Source: Candidatus Spyradenecus sp. (GTDB lineage: Bacteria; Verrucomicrobiota; Verrucomicrobiia; Opitutales; UBA953). From it: DNA of 64,000 bases. A program made the translations under genes and the position numbers. Position 1 is the first letter of the stretch. The number at the start of each line of letters is the position of its first letter. Shown here piece after piece: positions 30,459 to 40,480 of the stretch. Under the pieces are notes generated by a model. It saw only the letters and a program-made list of their open reading frames with translations. It made no database searches and was not told where the DNA came from. Location of the stretch: NCBI GenBank assembly GCA_045535075.1, contig JAZSKX010000014.1, positions 32,001 to 96,000 on the forward strand. The letters are read 5' to 3'.

Positions 30459-32465
30459 TTATTTGTACGAGCGCGTCGCGAAGTGGACGTTTTCGTAAAC
30501 GAGCGGTTCCTGAACGCGGACCGGTTCCTTGTCGTCGCCTTGGTATTCCCAAACGCCGACGTGAGCGAATTTTTCGTCCACGCGTTGTGCTTCGCCTTCG
30601 TCCGTCGCGTGTTCGAGACGGAAGTGCCCGCCGCAGGATTCGTCGCGTTCCCGTGCATCGAGGCAGAGGAGTTCTGCGAATTCAAGGAAGTCTGCCACGC
30701 GAGCGGCGCGTTCGAGTTCAACGTTGAGCGTATTTTTGTCGCCGACGACACGAACGTTTTTCCAGAATTCTTCACGAAGGGCTTTGACTTCTGCGATGGC
30801 TTCGGTGAGGCCTTCGCGGGTGCGCGCCATACCGCATTTTTCCCAGATGATGTGACCGAGCTTCTGGTGGTAGTAACGGGGCGATTTTGTGCCTTTGACC
30901 GCCATGAGCTTTTCAATGCGTTCCTTAACAGCGGCTTCCGCAGCTGCATATTCCGGGTGGTCCTCCTTCTTCGGAGCGCCTTTGAGGCCGCACTTTGCAA
31001 GGTAGTCCGGGATCGTTGCCGGAAGCACGAAGTAGCCGTCGGAAAGCCCTTGCATGAGAGCGGACGCGCCGAGGCGGTTCGCGCCGTGGTCGGAGAAGTT
31101 GGCTTCGCCGCCGACGAAAAGACCCGGAATCGTGGACATCAAATTGTAGTCTACCCAAAGACCGCCCATCGTGTAGTGGGAAGCCGGGAAGATCTGCATC
31201 GGATTTTTGTACGGGTTAACGCCGGTGATGTTTTCGTACATGTCGAAAAGGTTCCCGTAGCGTTCGCGAATCGTCTGTTCGCCGAGGCGGTTGATGGCAT
31301 CGGAGAAATCGAGGAAGACGCCGTAGCCGGTCGGGGCAACGCCGCGTCCGTCGTCGCAAGCTTCTTTCGCTGCTCGGGAAGAAATATCGCGCGGTGCCAA
31401 GTTCCCGAAGCTCGGGTATTTGCGTTCCAAGTAGTAGTCGCGATCTTCGTCCTTGATGTCGTTCGGATTGAGTTTGCCTTCGCGAACGAGCTTTGCCATT
31501 TCACGTGTTTTCGGCACCCAGATGCGACCGTCGTTGCGGAGCGATTCCGACATAAGCGTGAGCTTGGATTGCTGTTCGCCGTGAACCGGAATGCAGGTCG
31601 GGTGAATTTGCGTGTAGCACGGATTCGCGAAACCGGCGCCGTGTTTGTAGGCGCGGAAAGCCGCCGTGACGTTACAGCCTTGCGCATTCGTCGACAGGTA
31701 GAAGACGTTCCCGTAGCCGCCGGTGCAGAGAACGACGCAGTCTGCGTTCCATGCCTTGACTTCGCCGGTAACCATGTTGCGGGTTACGATACCCTTAGCC
31801 GCGCCGTCAACAATGACGAGATCCATCATTTCGTGGCGGTTGTACATCTTAACCGTGCCGAGGCCGATTTGCTTCGAGAGCGCGGAGTAAGCGCCGAGAA
31901 GGAGCTGCTGACCGGTTTGACCGCGTGCATAGAACGTACGGGAAACCTGCGCGCCGCCGAAAGAGCGGTTGGCGAGTGTTCCTCCGTATTCGCGTGCAAA
32001 CGGAACGCCTTGCGCGACGCATTGGTCAATGATGGCGTTGGAAACTTCGGCGAGGCGATAAACGTTGGCTTCGCGGGCACGGAAGTCGCCGCCTTTAACC
32101 GTATCGTAGAAAAGGCGATAAACGGAGTCGCCGTCGTTTTGGTAATTTTTTGCGGCGTTGATCCCGCCTTGAGCGGCGATGGAGTGAGCGCGGCGCGGGC
32201 TGTCCTGATAGCAGAAGCAGCTGACGTTGAAGCCCATTTCGCCGAGCGAAGCGGCGCAGGCGCCTCCGGCGAGACCGGAACCGACGACGATTACGTGATA
32301 TTTACGACGGTTTGCCGGGTTGACGAGTTTGAGGTCAAACTTGCGCTTGCTCCATTTTCCGGCAATCGGACCTTCCGGAATTTTGGAAATTTCCGAAACA
32401 AACTTCTGATTGTCCGTGCAAGCCTGCCAAGTTTTCGAGAAAGAAACTTCAGGGGTGTTACTCAT
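30459..32465 (-). CDS. sdhA: Succinate dehydrogenase/fumarate reductase flavoprotein subunit
   Basis: [40 protein letters not shown]. Confidence 0.96.
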   Translation of the reverse strand: MSNTPEVSFSKTWQACTDNQKFVSEISKIPEGPIAGKWSKRKFDLKLVNPANRRKYHVIVVGSGLAGGACAASLGEMGFNVSCFCYQDSPRRAHSIAAQGGINAAKNYQNDGDSVYRLFYDTVKGGDFRAREANVYRLAEVSNAIIDQCVAQGVPFAREYGGTLANRSFGGAQVSRTFYARGQTGQQLLLGAYSALSKQIGLGTVKMYNRHEMMDLVIVDGAAKGIVTRNMVTGEVKAWNADCVVLCTGGYGNVFYLSTNAQGCNVTAAFRAYKHGAGFANPCYTQIHPTCIPVHGEQQSKLTLMSESLRNDGRIWVPKTREMAKLVREGKLNPNDIKDEDRDYYLERKYPSFGNLAPRDISSRAAKEACDDGRGVAPTGYGVFLDFSDAINRLGEQTIRERYGNLFDMYENITGVNPYKNPMQIFPASHYTMGGLWVDYNLMSTIPGLFVGGEANFSDHGANRLGASALMQGLSDGYFVLPATIPDYLAKCGLKGAPKKEDHPEYAAAEAAVKERIEKLMAVKGTKSPRYYHQKLGHIIWEKCGMARTREGLTEAIAEVKALREEFWKNVRVVGDKNTLNVELERAARVADFLEFAELLCLDARERDESCGGHFRLEHATDEGEAQRVDEKFAHVGVWEYQGDDKEPVRVQEPLVYENVHFATRSYK

Positions 32466-32491
32466 GGTATAAATTCTCCTTTAGTGTTAGA

Positions 32492-33355
32492 TTATTTTAC
32501 GTCGGCAGCGGGAGCGTCGCAGCTGTTGCAGCAGGAAACCGGGCAACAAACTTTTTCAACCGGAGCCGTTGTGTTCGGATTCGGTTTGATAACGCCTGTC
32601 AGCACGCCGACGGGAACGGCGATGAGTCCGAAGCAAACGAAGAGCGCGTAGAGCACGGCGATACCGCGGAAGATCGGGCGCATTTTTTCGTTGCGGAGAC
32701 CGACCGATTGGAACATCGAATGTGCGCCGTGCGAAAGGTGCGAGAGCAAAAGAAGCATCGCGACGATGTAGCCGAGCGAAATCCACGGATTGGCGAATGC
32801 GTTGTAAACCATTTGGTAGACGTCAAACACCTTGTAGGAAACAGCCGCCGTGTCGTTCCCGTGTTGTCCGAGATAGCCGAAGATGCCTTCGCCGCCGACA
32901 GCCGTAATCGTCGTCGCGTTTTCATAAGCCGCGAGGCAACCCGCTTCTTTGAAAATCGTGAATTGGCAGAGGTGCCAAATGATGAACGCGATGATGGCAA
33001 TTCCCGTGAGAATCATGGCGCGTGCCGACCAAGCCGCGTAGCGGGTCGATTTAACCGCATAGCTTTCGGTTCCGCGAGCCGCGAGGTTTTCAAGCTTGAG
33101 CTTGATTGCCAAAGCGAAGTGGACCACGATGCAGGTGAGAATCACTACGCGGAATCCCCAAAGCGCTACCGGCGGCAACGCATGAAGAAGGTGCGCATAG
33201 GTATTGATTTTTTCCGGAGCCTGGAACATCTGCAAGTTACCAACGACGTGGACAAGCAGGAACAGGACGAGGACGAGACCCGTCACAGCCATCAGGTATT
33301 TTTTTACCAGAGAAGGCATGCGGCAGGAGCAGGAACAACAGCACTTTTTGCTCAT
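32492..33355 (-). CDS. sdhC: Succinate dehydrogenase cytochrome b558 subunit with Cys-rich termini
   Basis: KKYLMAVTG..FL.VH..GN, several heme-type His residues in TM helices, HLSHG..SMFQSVG; first gene of sdhCAB. Confidence 0.9.
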   Translation of the reverse strand: MSKKCCCSCSCRMPSLVKKYLMAVTGLVLVLFLLVHVVGNLQMFQAPEKINTYAHLLHALPPVALWGFRVVILTCIVVHFALAIKLKLENLAARGTESYAVKSTRYAAWSARAMILTGIAIIAFIIWHLCQFTIFKEAGCLAAYENATTITAVGGEGIFGYLGQHGNDTAAVSYKVFDVYQMVYNAFANPWISLGYIVAMLLLLSHLSHGAHSMFQSVGLRNEKMRPIFRGIAVLYALFVCFGLIAVPVGVLTGVIKPNPNTTAPVEKVCCPVSCCNSCDAPAADVK

Positions 33356-33528
33356 AGTTTTTGTGGGTGGTTTATTTTTGGTTAGAAAAGTGTATTACTC
33401 GGCGGGAACGCGCCGAACTTCACTCAACAATGATTTTCCCGGCGGATTTTTTCAAGAGTAAAACAGGTTCGCGTCGGGTGTTTTCCCGTCTTGTTTTTAC
33501 TATTTTTAAGGTTGTTCGGGAGCGCTTT

Positions 33529-34506
33529 TCAGAGCCCGGCGAGCACCGATTCGACGGCGCGGCATTCTTCGGGCGAGAAACCCGGGGAATTTAGCGCCTC
33601 GAGGTTTTCCGTCAGTTGCTCAGGAGAGCTGGCGCCGAGCAGTACGCTTGTTACGCGGGGATTGTGAAGAAGCCGGGTGATTGCCATTTGCGCGAGCGTT
33701 TCGCCGCGGGAACGGGCGATTCGGTTCAGTTGGCGAGCGGCGGATATTTTCTCTTCGGTAACCTGTTCCCGCTTGAGAAAACCGCTTGCTTTGCCGGCGC
33801 GGGAATTTTCGGGAATGCCGTTCAGGTATTTATCCGTGAGTAAGCCTTGTGCAAGCGGCGAAAAGGCAATGAAGCCGGCTCCGTTTTTGTACGCCGTTTC
33901 AAGGCGATCGTTTTCGACGCCGCGTTCGAAAAGACTGTAGCGATCCTGAAAGACAAGACAGGGAGTTTTATTTTCGTTCAGTATTTTACATGCCGCTTCC
34001 GCGATTTCGCTCGGAAACTTAGAGAGACCGACGTACAGCGCTTTTCCCGCACGGACCAAATCCGACAGCGCATTGGCGGTTTCTTCAATCGGCGTAAGCG
34101 CATCGTAGCGATGTGCGTAAAAAATGTCGAAATAGTCCAAGCCGGTGCGTTTTAAACTTTGGTCGCAACTTGCGATGAGGCTTTTGCGGGAGGTGCCGTC
34201 GCCGTACGGGCCGTTCCACATGCGGTGTCCGGCTTTCGAAGAAACAATGATTTCGTCCCGATGCCCGGCAAGCGACCCGCGGAGCATTTTCCCGAAATTT
34301 TCTTCCGCTGCTCCGGGAGGCGGGCCGTAGTTATTTGCAAGGTCAAAATGTGTGATTCCGCGTTCGAACGCCGTGAGAAGAATTTTTTCGGAGACGGAGA
34401 AATTGTCGCAGTGCCCGAAATTGTGCCAAAGCCCGAGAGAAATTCTGGGAAGAAAAAGCCCGCTGTTCCCGCAACGAACATAGAGTGTTTCCGGAGTTGC
34501 TTTCAT
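33529..34506 (-). CDS. Aldo/keto reductase (L-glyceraldehyde 3-phosphate reductase YghZ-like)
   Basis: SLGLWHNFG, THFDLANNYGPPPG, DIFYAHR, FSPLAQGLLTDKYL; ATG 34506. Confidence 0.9.
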   Translation of the reverse strand: MKATPETLYVRCGNSGLFLPRISLGLWHNFGHCDNFSVSEKILLTAFERGITHFDLANNYGPPPGAAEENFGKMLRGSLAGHRDEIIVSSKAGHRMWNGPYGDGTSRKSLIASCDQSLKRTGLDYFDIFYAHRYDALTPIEETANALSDLVRAGKALYVGLSKFPSEIAEAACKILNENKTPCLVFQDRYSLFERGVENDRLETAYKNGAGFIAFSPLAQGLLTDKYLNGIPENSRAGKASGFLKREQVTEEKISAARQLNRIARSRGETLAQMAITRLLHNPRVTSVLLGASSPEQLTENLEALNSPGFSPEECRAVESVLAGL

Positions 34507-34622
34507 AATCGGATTTTCAGTCGTTGCGGGAATTATCGCAAGCGGCATTTTCGATTTGCGCGGGAACGGGAGCGCGGATTTTATTAAACTATATGAAAAA
34601 ATCATTGGAAAACATGCCGGGA

Positions 34623-35528
34623 ATGGCACATCAACTGACGTGGGAAAAAATCGATCCCGCGTATGTCGAAAAAGTTATTTGCCTCGCACGCGACGAAGAT
34701 ATCGCGGGAGAAGGTCTGATTGCCGCGATGCGACCGGCGCGCGCCGGCGATCCGACGACCGAAGTTTCCGCACCGCGCGGGAAAATGGCTGCTGCCTATT
34801 TGGTGGCGCGCAAGCCTTGCACGCTTTCCGGGTTGAGCATGATTCCTGCGATTTTGAAAATCTACGGCGGGAACGCGACGGCGGAATTTCACGCTAAAGA
34901 CGGTGATTCCGTTCCCGCGGGAACGGTTGTAGCGACCATTCGCGGCGATGCCTCCGAAATGCTTATGGCGGAACGCATCATGTTGAATTTCCTACAGCGA
35001 ATGAGCGGAATCGCTACGCAAACCGCGCGTTACGTCGCCGCGCTCGGAAACACGAAGACGCGCTTGCTTGACACTCGAAAAACCACGCCTTGTCACCGCG
35101 TTCTCGACAAATACGCCGTTGCCTGCGGCGGTGCTTGGAATCACCGATTGGGATTGTTCGATCAATTGATGCTAAAAGATAATCATTTGGCGGCGGACGA
35201 TGCGACGGCGGGGGCGGCGCTCGCGAATTTAGTGAGCCGCGCACGTGCCGAGCGTCCGGATTTGCCCTGTGAAGTCGAAGTAGATCGCATTGAGCAAATT
35301 CCGCCGGTTTTGGAAGCAGGAGCGGACATTATTCTCTTGGATAATTTCTCTGTCGAAAATCTTCGCAAAGCCGTTGAACTTATCGGCGATGCCGCGTGGA
35401 CGGAAATCAGCGGCGGGGTTTCGCTCGAAAGCCTTCCCGTGCTCGGAACCGTCGGCGCAGACTTTGTTTCCTGCGGCGCGCTTACGCACAATGTTCCGTG
35501 GATTGATATCGGTTTGGACTGGAAATAA
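34623..35528 (+). CDS. nadC: Nicotinate-nucleotide diphosphorylase (carboxylating)
   Basis: ERIMLNFLQRMSGIAT, DTRKTTP, NHRLGLFD..MLKDNH, LLDNF; start uncertain. Confidence 0.93.
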   Translation: MAHQLTWEKIDPAYVEKVICLARDEDIAGEGLIAAMRPARAGDPTTEVSAPRGKMAAAYLVARKPCTLSGLSMIPAILKIYGGNATAEFHAKDGDSVPAGTVVATIRGDASEMLMAERIMLNFLQRMSGIATQTARYVAALGNTKTRLLDTRKTTPCHRVLDKYAVACGGAWNHRLGLFDQLMLKDNHLAADDATAGAALANLVSRARAERPDLPCEVEVDRIEQIPPVLEAGADIILLDNFSVENLRKAVELIGDAAWTEISGGVSLESLPVLGTVGADFVSCGALTHNVPWIDIGLDWK

Positions 35529-35547
35529 TTTTGCGTTCCCGTAATTG

Positions 35548-35583
35548 AAAAAAACGACGAGCCCGAAAGTTCGTCGTTTTTTT
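35548..35583. terminator. Bidirectional terminator (nadC / fusion gene)
   Basis: AAAAAAACGACGAGC-loop-GTTCGTCGTTTTTTT. Confidence 0.8.
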
Positions 35584-35597
35584 GTATAAACAGTTTC

Positions 35598-38513
35598 TTA
35601 GTGCTCCGTTTCGGAGGGTTCCTTGACGTAGTTGTCGGAGCGTCCGCGAGCGGTTCCCCAAAGCTCAAAAAGTTTCCACGCGGATATTTTAGGTTGGGCG
35701 TGTTGATCGTCGCGTAATTCTGCCCCGACGGAAAAACAGAAGTTCAGTTGCTTATAAATACGGGCGTAGGCTTTGCCCATGCGCACGTAGCCGTCGTAAA
35801 GCGCGGAGGAGGTTGCGCCGGCGCCTTTGACGCTTGTGATGCGGATGTTTTCTCCGTTGGAAAGTGCTTCATCGCTTGCGGCTCGAATGTCGAGGCAAAC
35901 GTAATGAACGTCTCCGCAAGCATCCGCGATTGCATCAATCGCCTTAGAGAGCGTTCCCGCGCGCAGTTCCGGCCGTGCGATAAAACGTGCGCCGCGAATG
36001 CGGGATCCGGTCGGAGCCAAGGGATAATACTTTCCGGGTTTGAGCACCATATCCGCTTTTCGGAAGTTTTGTTTCGAAAAAAGTTTTCCGTTACAAACAC
36101 CGTGATCATCAGCCCAAATGAGATCTTCGAGCTTGCGTTCTCCGTCGCCTTTCACGCAGACGAAGTCCTTCTGGACGACGGATTGGATTCTGCCTTCCTT
36201 GCGTCCGGGGCGGCGCGACCAAATCACTTCATATTCGTTCCCGCCGACAAATTCCTGTGCTACGGCATCGTCCACGTTTGCGTCCAGCCATGCGCGCAGA
36301 TGTGCTGCGGACTGCGCGATGTAAACGCCGATCCCGCCGTCTCCGATTTCGGGTTTGATGACGCACGGGAACGCGATTTTCTCATTCTTGAGAATTTTAA
36401 GCGCATTTTCCCAGCGCATATTTAAATCTTTTTCTGCGGGAATGCGGACGGTTTTTACGCCGACGGAGTTATTGCCGATGAATTTTTTGTAAATGTCGAA
36501 TTTGGAGCCTGCGGGAACGCCGCCGTCCGGACCGAACGCACGATTGGCGAGCGTGAAAATCGTAAATGAACGGTAAATGATTCCGAGCCAAATAAATTGG
36601 AAAAGAACCGGCGTGTTCAGGATGAAATTCGGCCAAAATTCGTGGCGCGTGATTTGTCGTCGCGTCATGACGTGGCGCCGCCTGCCGCGCCATGTAAACG
36701 CGGGAATAATGTAATGGCTGATTAAATACAGCGCGAGAATGGCGCCGATGACAATCCATGCGGCATTGTGGTGCCATTCCTTAAACTGCTCAATGACACC
36801 GGCTCCGACGTATTCCGCGAGGAGAATCAGTGGCGGCGTCCAAAGCGCTGCGGCTATGAAGAAAAGGAAAATGAGTTTGTGCCAGTCGAGCTTCATAATC
36901 CCGGCAGCGACAAACGTCGGCACACGCGAGCCGGGAATAAAGCGAGAGGAGACAATGAGCGCGAGGCCTTTCGGATTTTTGGAAAAACGTTCGGACATTT
37001 CGTCGATTTGCTGCTCCGAAACAAGCCATTTCAGAGGCGGCTTTCTTAAAATGGGGCGACCGAGGAAACGACCGATAAGGTAAAGCGCCAAATCGCCGAT
37101 GAAAATTCCGATGAGGCAGGCAAGCGACGCGGGAACGAAGCCGATTAAGCCTTGGGCTACTAACAAGCCGGCAGCAAGGCAGGTCGGGTCTTCCGCGACA
37201 AAGGTGCAAACAAGAATGATGAGCATGAGAACGACGACGCGTGCGCCGCCGGCAGGCTCAATCGGCGGATAGTTGTCGTTGCCGTTGTTCGCGGGAACGC
37301 TTTGTTCCGGGCGTGAAAGTGATTTGACTTCGGCGGGCGAAGCTAACCGGATGAGGAAGCTCGCGTAGCTGTCGGCAAGCGCTTGCGGGTTCTCTAAAAG
37401 CGCGTAGTGCCCGCCGTCGCAAAAGTAGGTTTGAGCTTGCGGTGCGAGTGCGGCGGAATACTCCGCAGAGGCAAACGATGAAAGCAAATCGTCCTTCCCG
37501 TGGGCGATGTAGGTCGGTCCGTTCCATTCATGAATGTATTTTTTCAATTCGCTGATGTCGGAATCCCAAAGTACACGGGCATAGGCTTTATTGACGTTCC
37601 CGCGATCCATCAGCCCAAAATGCGGCAATACGTCTTGTGCGATTTTAAAAAATCCCAAATGGAACGTATAAACGATTTTGTTGACGATGTGGTTGCCGAG
37701 TAATTCGAATTCCTGGGCTCCGACGGACGAAACGAGCGCGAGCGATTTTACGCGAGCCGGTTGCTGGTGAGCCATGTAAACGGCAACGCCGCCGCCTTCG
37801 CCGAAGCCGAGTACATTAACCGAGGAAACCCCGAGCTTGTCGAGGAGTGAGTAGAGCATTCCCGCGTAAGCTTCGATCGAATAATCGTCAAGCTCGCGTT
37901 GGCTCGAACCTGCTCCCGGGAGATCCGGAACGATGACGCGCTCAACGCCTTTTTTCGTAAGCTCCCGCGCAACGGCATCCAGTTGTGTTCCGTCGGCGCC
38001 GACTCCGTGAATCAGCAAAACCGGCGCTTGTTTTTCCGTCGTGAATTTTTCCCACGTTTCTTCGATGAACTTGCGGGATTTTTCCAGAAATTCATCGGTT
38101 TTTCCGCGAATTGAGGTATTTTCGTTCGCGGGAACCTTAGGCGTTTCCGGAGCGGGAACACGAAAAAATTCTTTGTATGCGATACGCACGTTCCCGCCGG
38201 TTTCAACAAGCTTCGAAACATAAACACCGCTCACGCGTGCTTTGCGCGGTTTACCTTTGATCGCCTCGGCTAATTTTTCCCTATTTTGCGGAGAAATCTC
38301 CTTTTTCGCCGCATCCGGCGTTTCAAAAACAGTTTCGACGCTGAGCTCTTTAACGTCCGCAAATTGTTGTCCTTCCCGTAGCGACGGCGTCATCGGGAAA
38401 AAGTGTCGAACACCGTAAGATGCGGCAATTAACGCGATTATCGTAAAAATAACCCGCCAGCGGACGGGAAGGCGTTGCCACAAATTTTTCTCGGAAGTTG
38501 TTTTCGGGGGCAT
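35598..38513 (-). CDS. Membrane-anchored fusion: alpha/beta-hydrolase fold + DedA/VTT domain + ATP-grasp-like domain
   Basis: N-terminal TM; LIHG, PDLPGAGSS, HGKDD; EDPTCLAAG, GDLALYLIGR, SRFIPGSRVPTFVAAG; FPCVIKPEIGDGG.GV, QEFV. Confidence 0.85.
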   Translation of the reverse strand: MPPKTTSEKNLWQRLPVRWRVIFTIIALIAASYGVRHFFPMTPSLREGQQFADVKELSVETVFETPDAAKKEISPQNREKLAEAIKGKPRKARVSGVYVSKLVETGGNVRIAYKEFFRVPAPETPKVPANENTSIRGKTDEFLEKSRKFIEETWEKFTTEKQAPVLLIHGVGADGTQLDAVARELTKKGVERVIVPDLPGAGSSQRELDDYSIEAYAGMLYSLLDKLGVSSVNVLGFGEGGGVAVYMAHQQPARVKSLALVSSVGAQEFELLGNHIVNKIVYTFHLGFFKIAQDVLPHFGLMDRGNVNKAYARVLWDSDISELKKYIHEWNGPTYIAHGKDDLLSSFASAEYSAALAPQAQTYFCDGGHYALLENPQALADSYASFLIRLASPAEVKSLSRPEQSVPANNGNDNYPPIEPAGGARVVVLMLIILVCTFVAEDPTCLAAGLLVAQGLIGFVPASLACLIGIFIGDLALYLIGRFLGRPILRKPPLKWLVSEQQIDEMSERFSKNPKGLALIVSSRFIPGSRVPTFVAAGIMKLDWHKLIFLFFIAAALWTPPLILLAEYVGAGVIEQFKEWHHNAAWIVIGAILALYLISHYIIPAFTWRGRRRHVMTRRQITRHEFWPNFILNTPVLFQFIWLGIIYRSFTIFTLANRAFGPDGGVPAGSKFDIYKKFIGNNSVGVKTVRIPAEKDLNMRWENALKILKNEKIAFPCVIKPEIGDGGIGVYIAQSAAHLRAWLDANVDDAVAQEFVGGNEYEVIWSRRPGRKEGRIQSVVQKDFVCVKGDGERKLEDLIWADDHGVCNGKLFSKQNFRKADMVLKPGKYYPLAPTGSRIRGARFIARPELRAGTLSKAIDAIADACGDVHYVCLDIRAASDEALSNGENIRITSVKGAGATSSALYDGYVRMGKAYARIYKQLNFCFSVGAELRDDQHAQPKISAWKLFELWGTARGRSDNYVKEPSETEH

Positions 38514-38645
38514 CGTTTTCAAAATTTCCTCCAAGAATAACGCGTTTTTCGATTTGCGGGAACGTTTTTTTTGTGAGTTGTTGAATGTTTATTGATTTTG
38601 TCGGAAAAAAACTATATGAGTTAAGCCAAGTATAAAAGTGGATCT

Positions 38646-39134
38646 ATGACTATCTCGACAAAAGGACGTTACGCATTGCGCTTCATGATTGATCTTGCCA
38701 GTCACGGGGACGATGCCTGTGTTAATCTCAAGGAAATTGCGGTGCGCCAGGAAATCTCCGTTAAGTATTTGGAGCAAATCGTCATTCGCCTTTGTCAGGC
38801 GGATTTGTTGGTGAGTGTTCGCGGCGCACACGGAGGTTATTGCCTTACGCGTCCCGCAAAGGAATACACGGTCGCTGATATTCTTATTGCAACGGAATCT
38901 TCGCTTTGTCCGGTTACTTGCTTGGAAGGAGATGAAAACAACTGTCCGCACCGCGAGCGGTGTACGACGCTTAAGTTTTGGGAGAAACTGGATACGATTG
39001 TTTGGAATTATTTCAGACGGACGACACTTGCTCAACTTGCCAAAGGCGGTCCGAACAGAGGCTGCCGAAAGGCCCCGGCGAAGAAAAAGAATTCGGGAGT
39101 TGCGAAATCCCAAGCGGAAGAAAACAAAGCTTAG
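38646..39134 (+). CDS. Rrf2-family transcriptional regulator with three Cys (possible Fe-S)
   Basis: ISTKGRYALR, ISVKYLEQI, SVRGAHGGY, C-LEGDENN-C-PHRER-C. Confidence 0.92.
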   Translation: MTISTKGRYALRFMIDLASHGDDACVNLKEIAVRQEISVKYLEQIVIRLCQADLLVSVRGAHGGYCLTRPAKEYTVADILIATESSLCPVTCLEGDENNCPHRERCTTLKFWEKLDTIVWNYFRRTTLAQLAKGGPNRGCRKAPAKKKNSGVAKSQAEENKA

Positions 39135-39145
39135 TTGTTCTGACG

Positions 39146-39183
39146 CGAAAAAGGCGTTCCTGGTTGCGGGAACGCCTTTTTCG
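39146..39183. terminator. Bidirectional terminator (Rrf2 / hypothetical) formed by a motif pair
   Basis: CGAAAAAGGCGTTCCTG-n4-CGGGAACGCCTTTTTCG. Confidence 0.85.
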
Positions 39184-39202
39184 TAATTGCACCTTAAAAT
39201 TT

Positions 39203-40468
39203 TCAGTCTCCCGGGATTGCGTTTTCGGAGAGCAGGGCTCGGATTTCGGCATGAAGTTGTTCCGCTTCGCGCCGGGCTGTTTCTGCTTTCTTCCATTGCT
39301 CGCGGAGCGCGGTGATTTCAATCTTGGCACGGGTTCCGCGTTCCGGAGCCCAGACGGAACTGCCTTCCTGCAATTCTCCGGACGTGTCGTCGCGCAAAAC
39401 AATCATTTCAAAAAAAATACCGAGTTCGATGAAGGCGTTGTGCCAGACGGGATTGGTTTGCGAGAGCATTTCGTTGAGTTCCCGCAGTCGGATGTAGGCG
39501 AGTTTTTTGATGCCGAGCAGTTGGCGATGTTCAATCAGTTGTTCGGCGTCTAAAATTTTTTCCGCTGATTCGATTTGAACATGAAAACGCCGCATGCGCT
39601 CGAAGCGCTCTTTTGAATCGGAAAGCGATTCCGTTCCCGCCGGCGTCTTGTCGATTATCGCAAAAAAGGCAGTTGCCCAAGCCAAATCTTCGGCGCCTTC
39701 CGCCGCGTCTTTTTCTGCGGGAAACGCCAGTTCGGGATTTTTCAAAATTCCGCGTAAAAAGCTCGGAAAATTTTGCCAGGACGCTAATTCGCGCCTGCGG
39801 AGAGAACGGTAAAACCAAAATGCGCTTGTGCGGAATTGTACGTCGGGAAGGGAATCCGGTCTTGCGTTGCAACGCGGCTCTAAAAGAGGCTTCAGCGGTA
39901 GCGGAACGGCTTTTTCCGAGCGTTCCCGCAGAAGTAAAAGGCGCCCGCTATTGTGCGTGATTGCAGTTTCCGTCGCAATTGCCGAAACCGCCCAAAGCGG
40001 GGGAAGCAAATCCTTAAATTTTAAGTCGAATTCGCTCCCGTATTGAAGAAGTACCGTTTGCGACAGCCCAAATGCAACGGCGTAATCACTGAGCCGGGTT
40101 GTATCCGAAAAATAAGTACAAGTGGCGTTGTGTCGAAAGTCGTAAGACGTTTCAAAGAGAAGTTTTGATTTGGGATCGGGAGCGACCCAAACGGAAAGTT
40201 TGGCTCCGTCTGCGACCAAATTCCAGCCGAGAACGGTCGAAAGATGCCCTTCGAGTTTTTTGGCGATTGCGGCAACGCGGCGCATCTGAGCAACGTCCTC
40301 GGAGAGAATCGTGAAGACGCGTGTGCGGGTTTCATAAATCGTCGGAAGCGATTCCAAGGCTTCCTTGACGAGCGCATCTTCGCTTTTTTCGGCGGGAACG
40401 GATTCTTGTGCCGGCAAAAGAATCGCCGCGAGCGCGAGCGTCGACAGGGCTGCGAGCGATTTTTTCAT
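39203..40468 (-). CDS. Secreted hypothetical protein
   Basis: Signal-peptide-like N-terminus MKKSLAALSTLALAAILLPA; in an apparent operon. Confidence 0.7.
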   Translation of the reverse strand: MKKSLAALSTLALAAILLPAQESVPAEKSEDALVKEALESLPTIYETRTRVFTILSEDVAQMRRVAAIAKKLEGHLSTVLGWNLVADGAKLSVWVAPDPKSKLLFETSYDFRHNATCTYFSDTTRLSDYAVAFGLSQTVLLQYGSEFDLKFKDLLPPLWAVSAIATETAITHNSGRLLLLRERSEKAVPLPLKPLLEPRCNARPDSLPDVQFRTSAFWFYRSLRRRELASWQNFPSFLRGILKNPELAFPAEKDAAEGAEDLAWATAFFAIIDKTPAGTESLSDSKERFERMRRFHVQIESAEKILDAEQLIEHRQLLGIKKLAYIRLRELNEMLSQTNPVWHNAFIELGIFFEMIVLRDDTSGELQEGSSVWAPERGTRAKIEITALREQWKKAETARREAEQLHAEIRALLSENAIPGD

Positions 40469-40480
40469 TGTCGGAAGCGT

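Noticed and set aside
30363..32651. 762-aa + strand ORF
   Set aside because: Antisense shadow of sdhA with no recognisable motifs; explained by codon bias.
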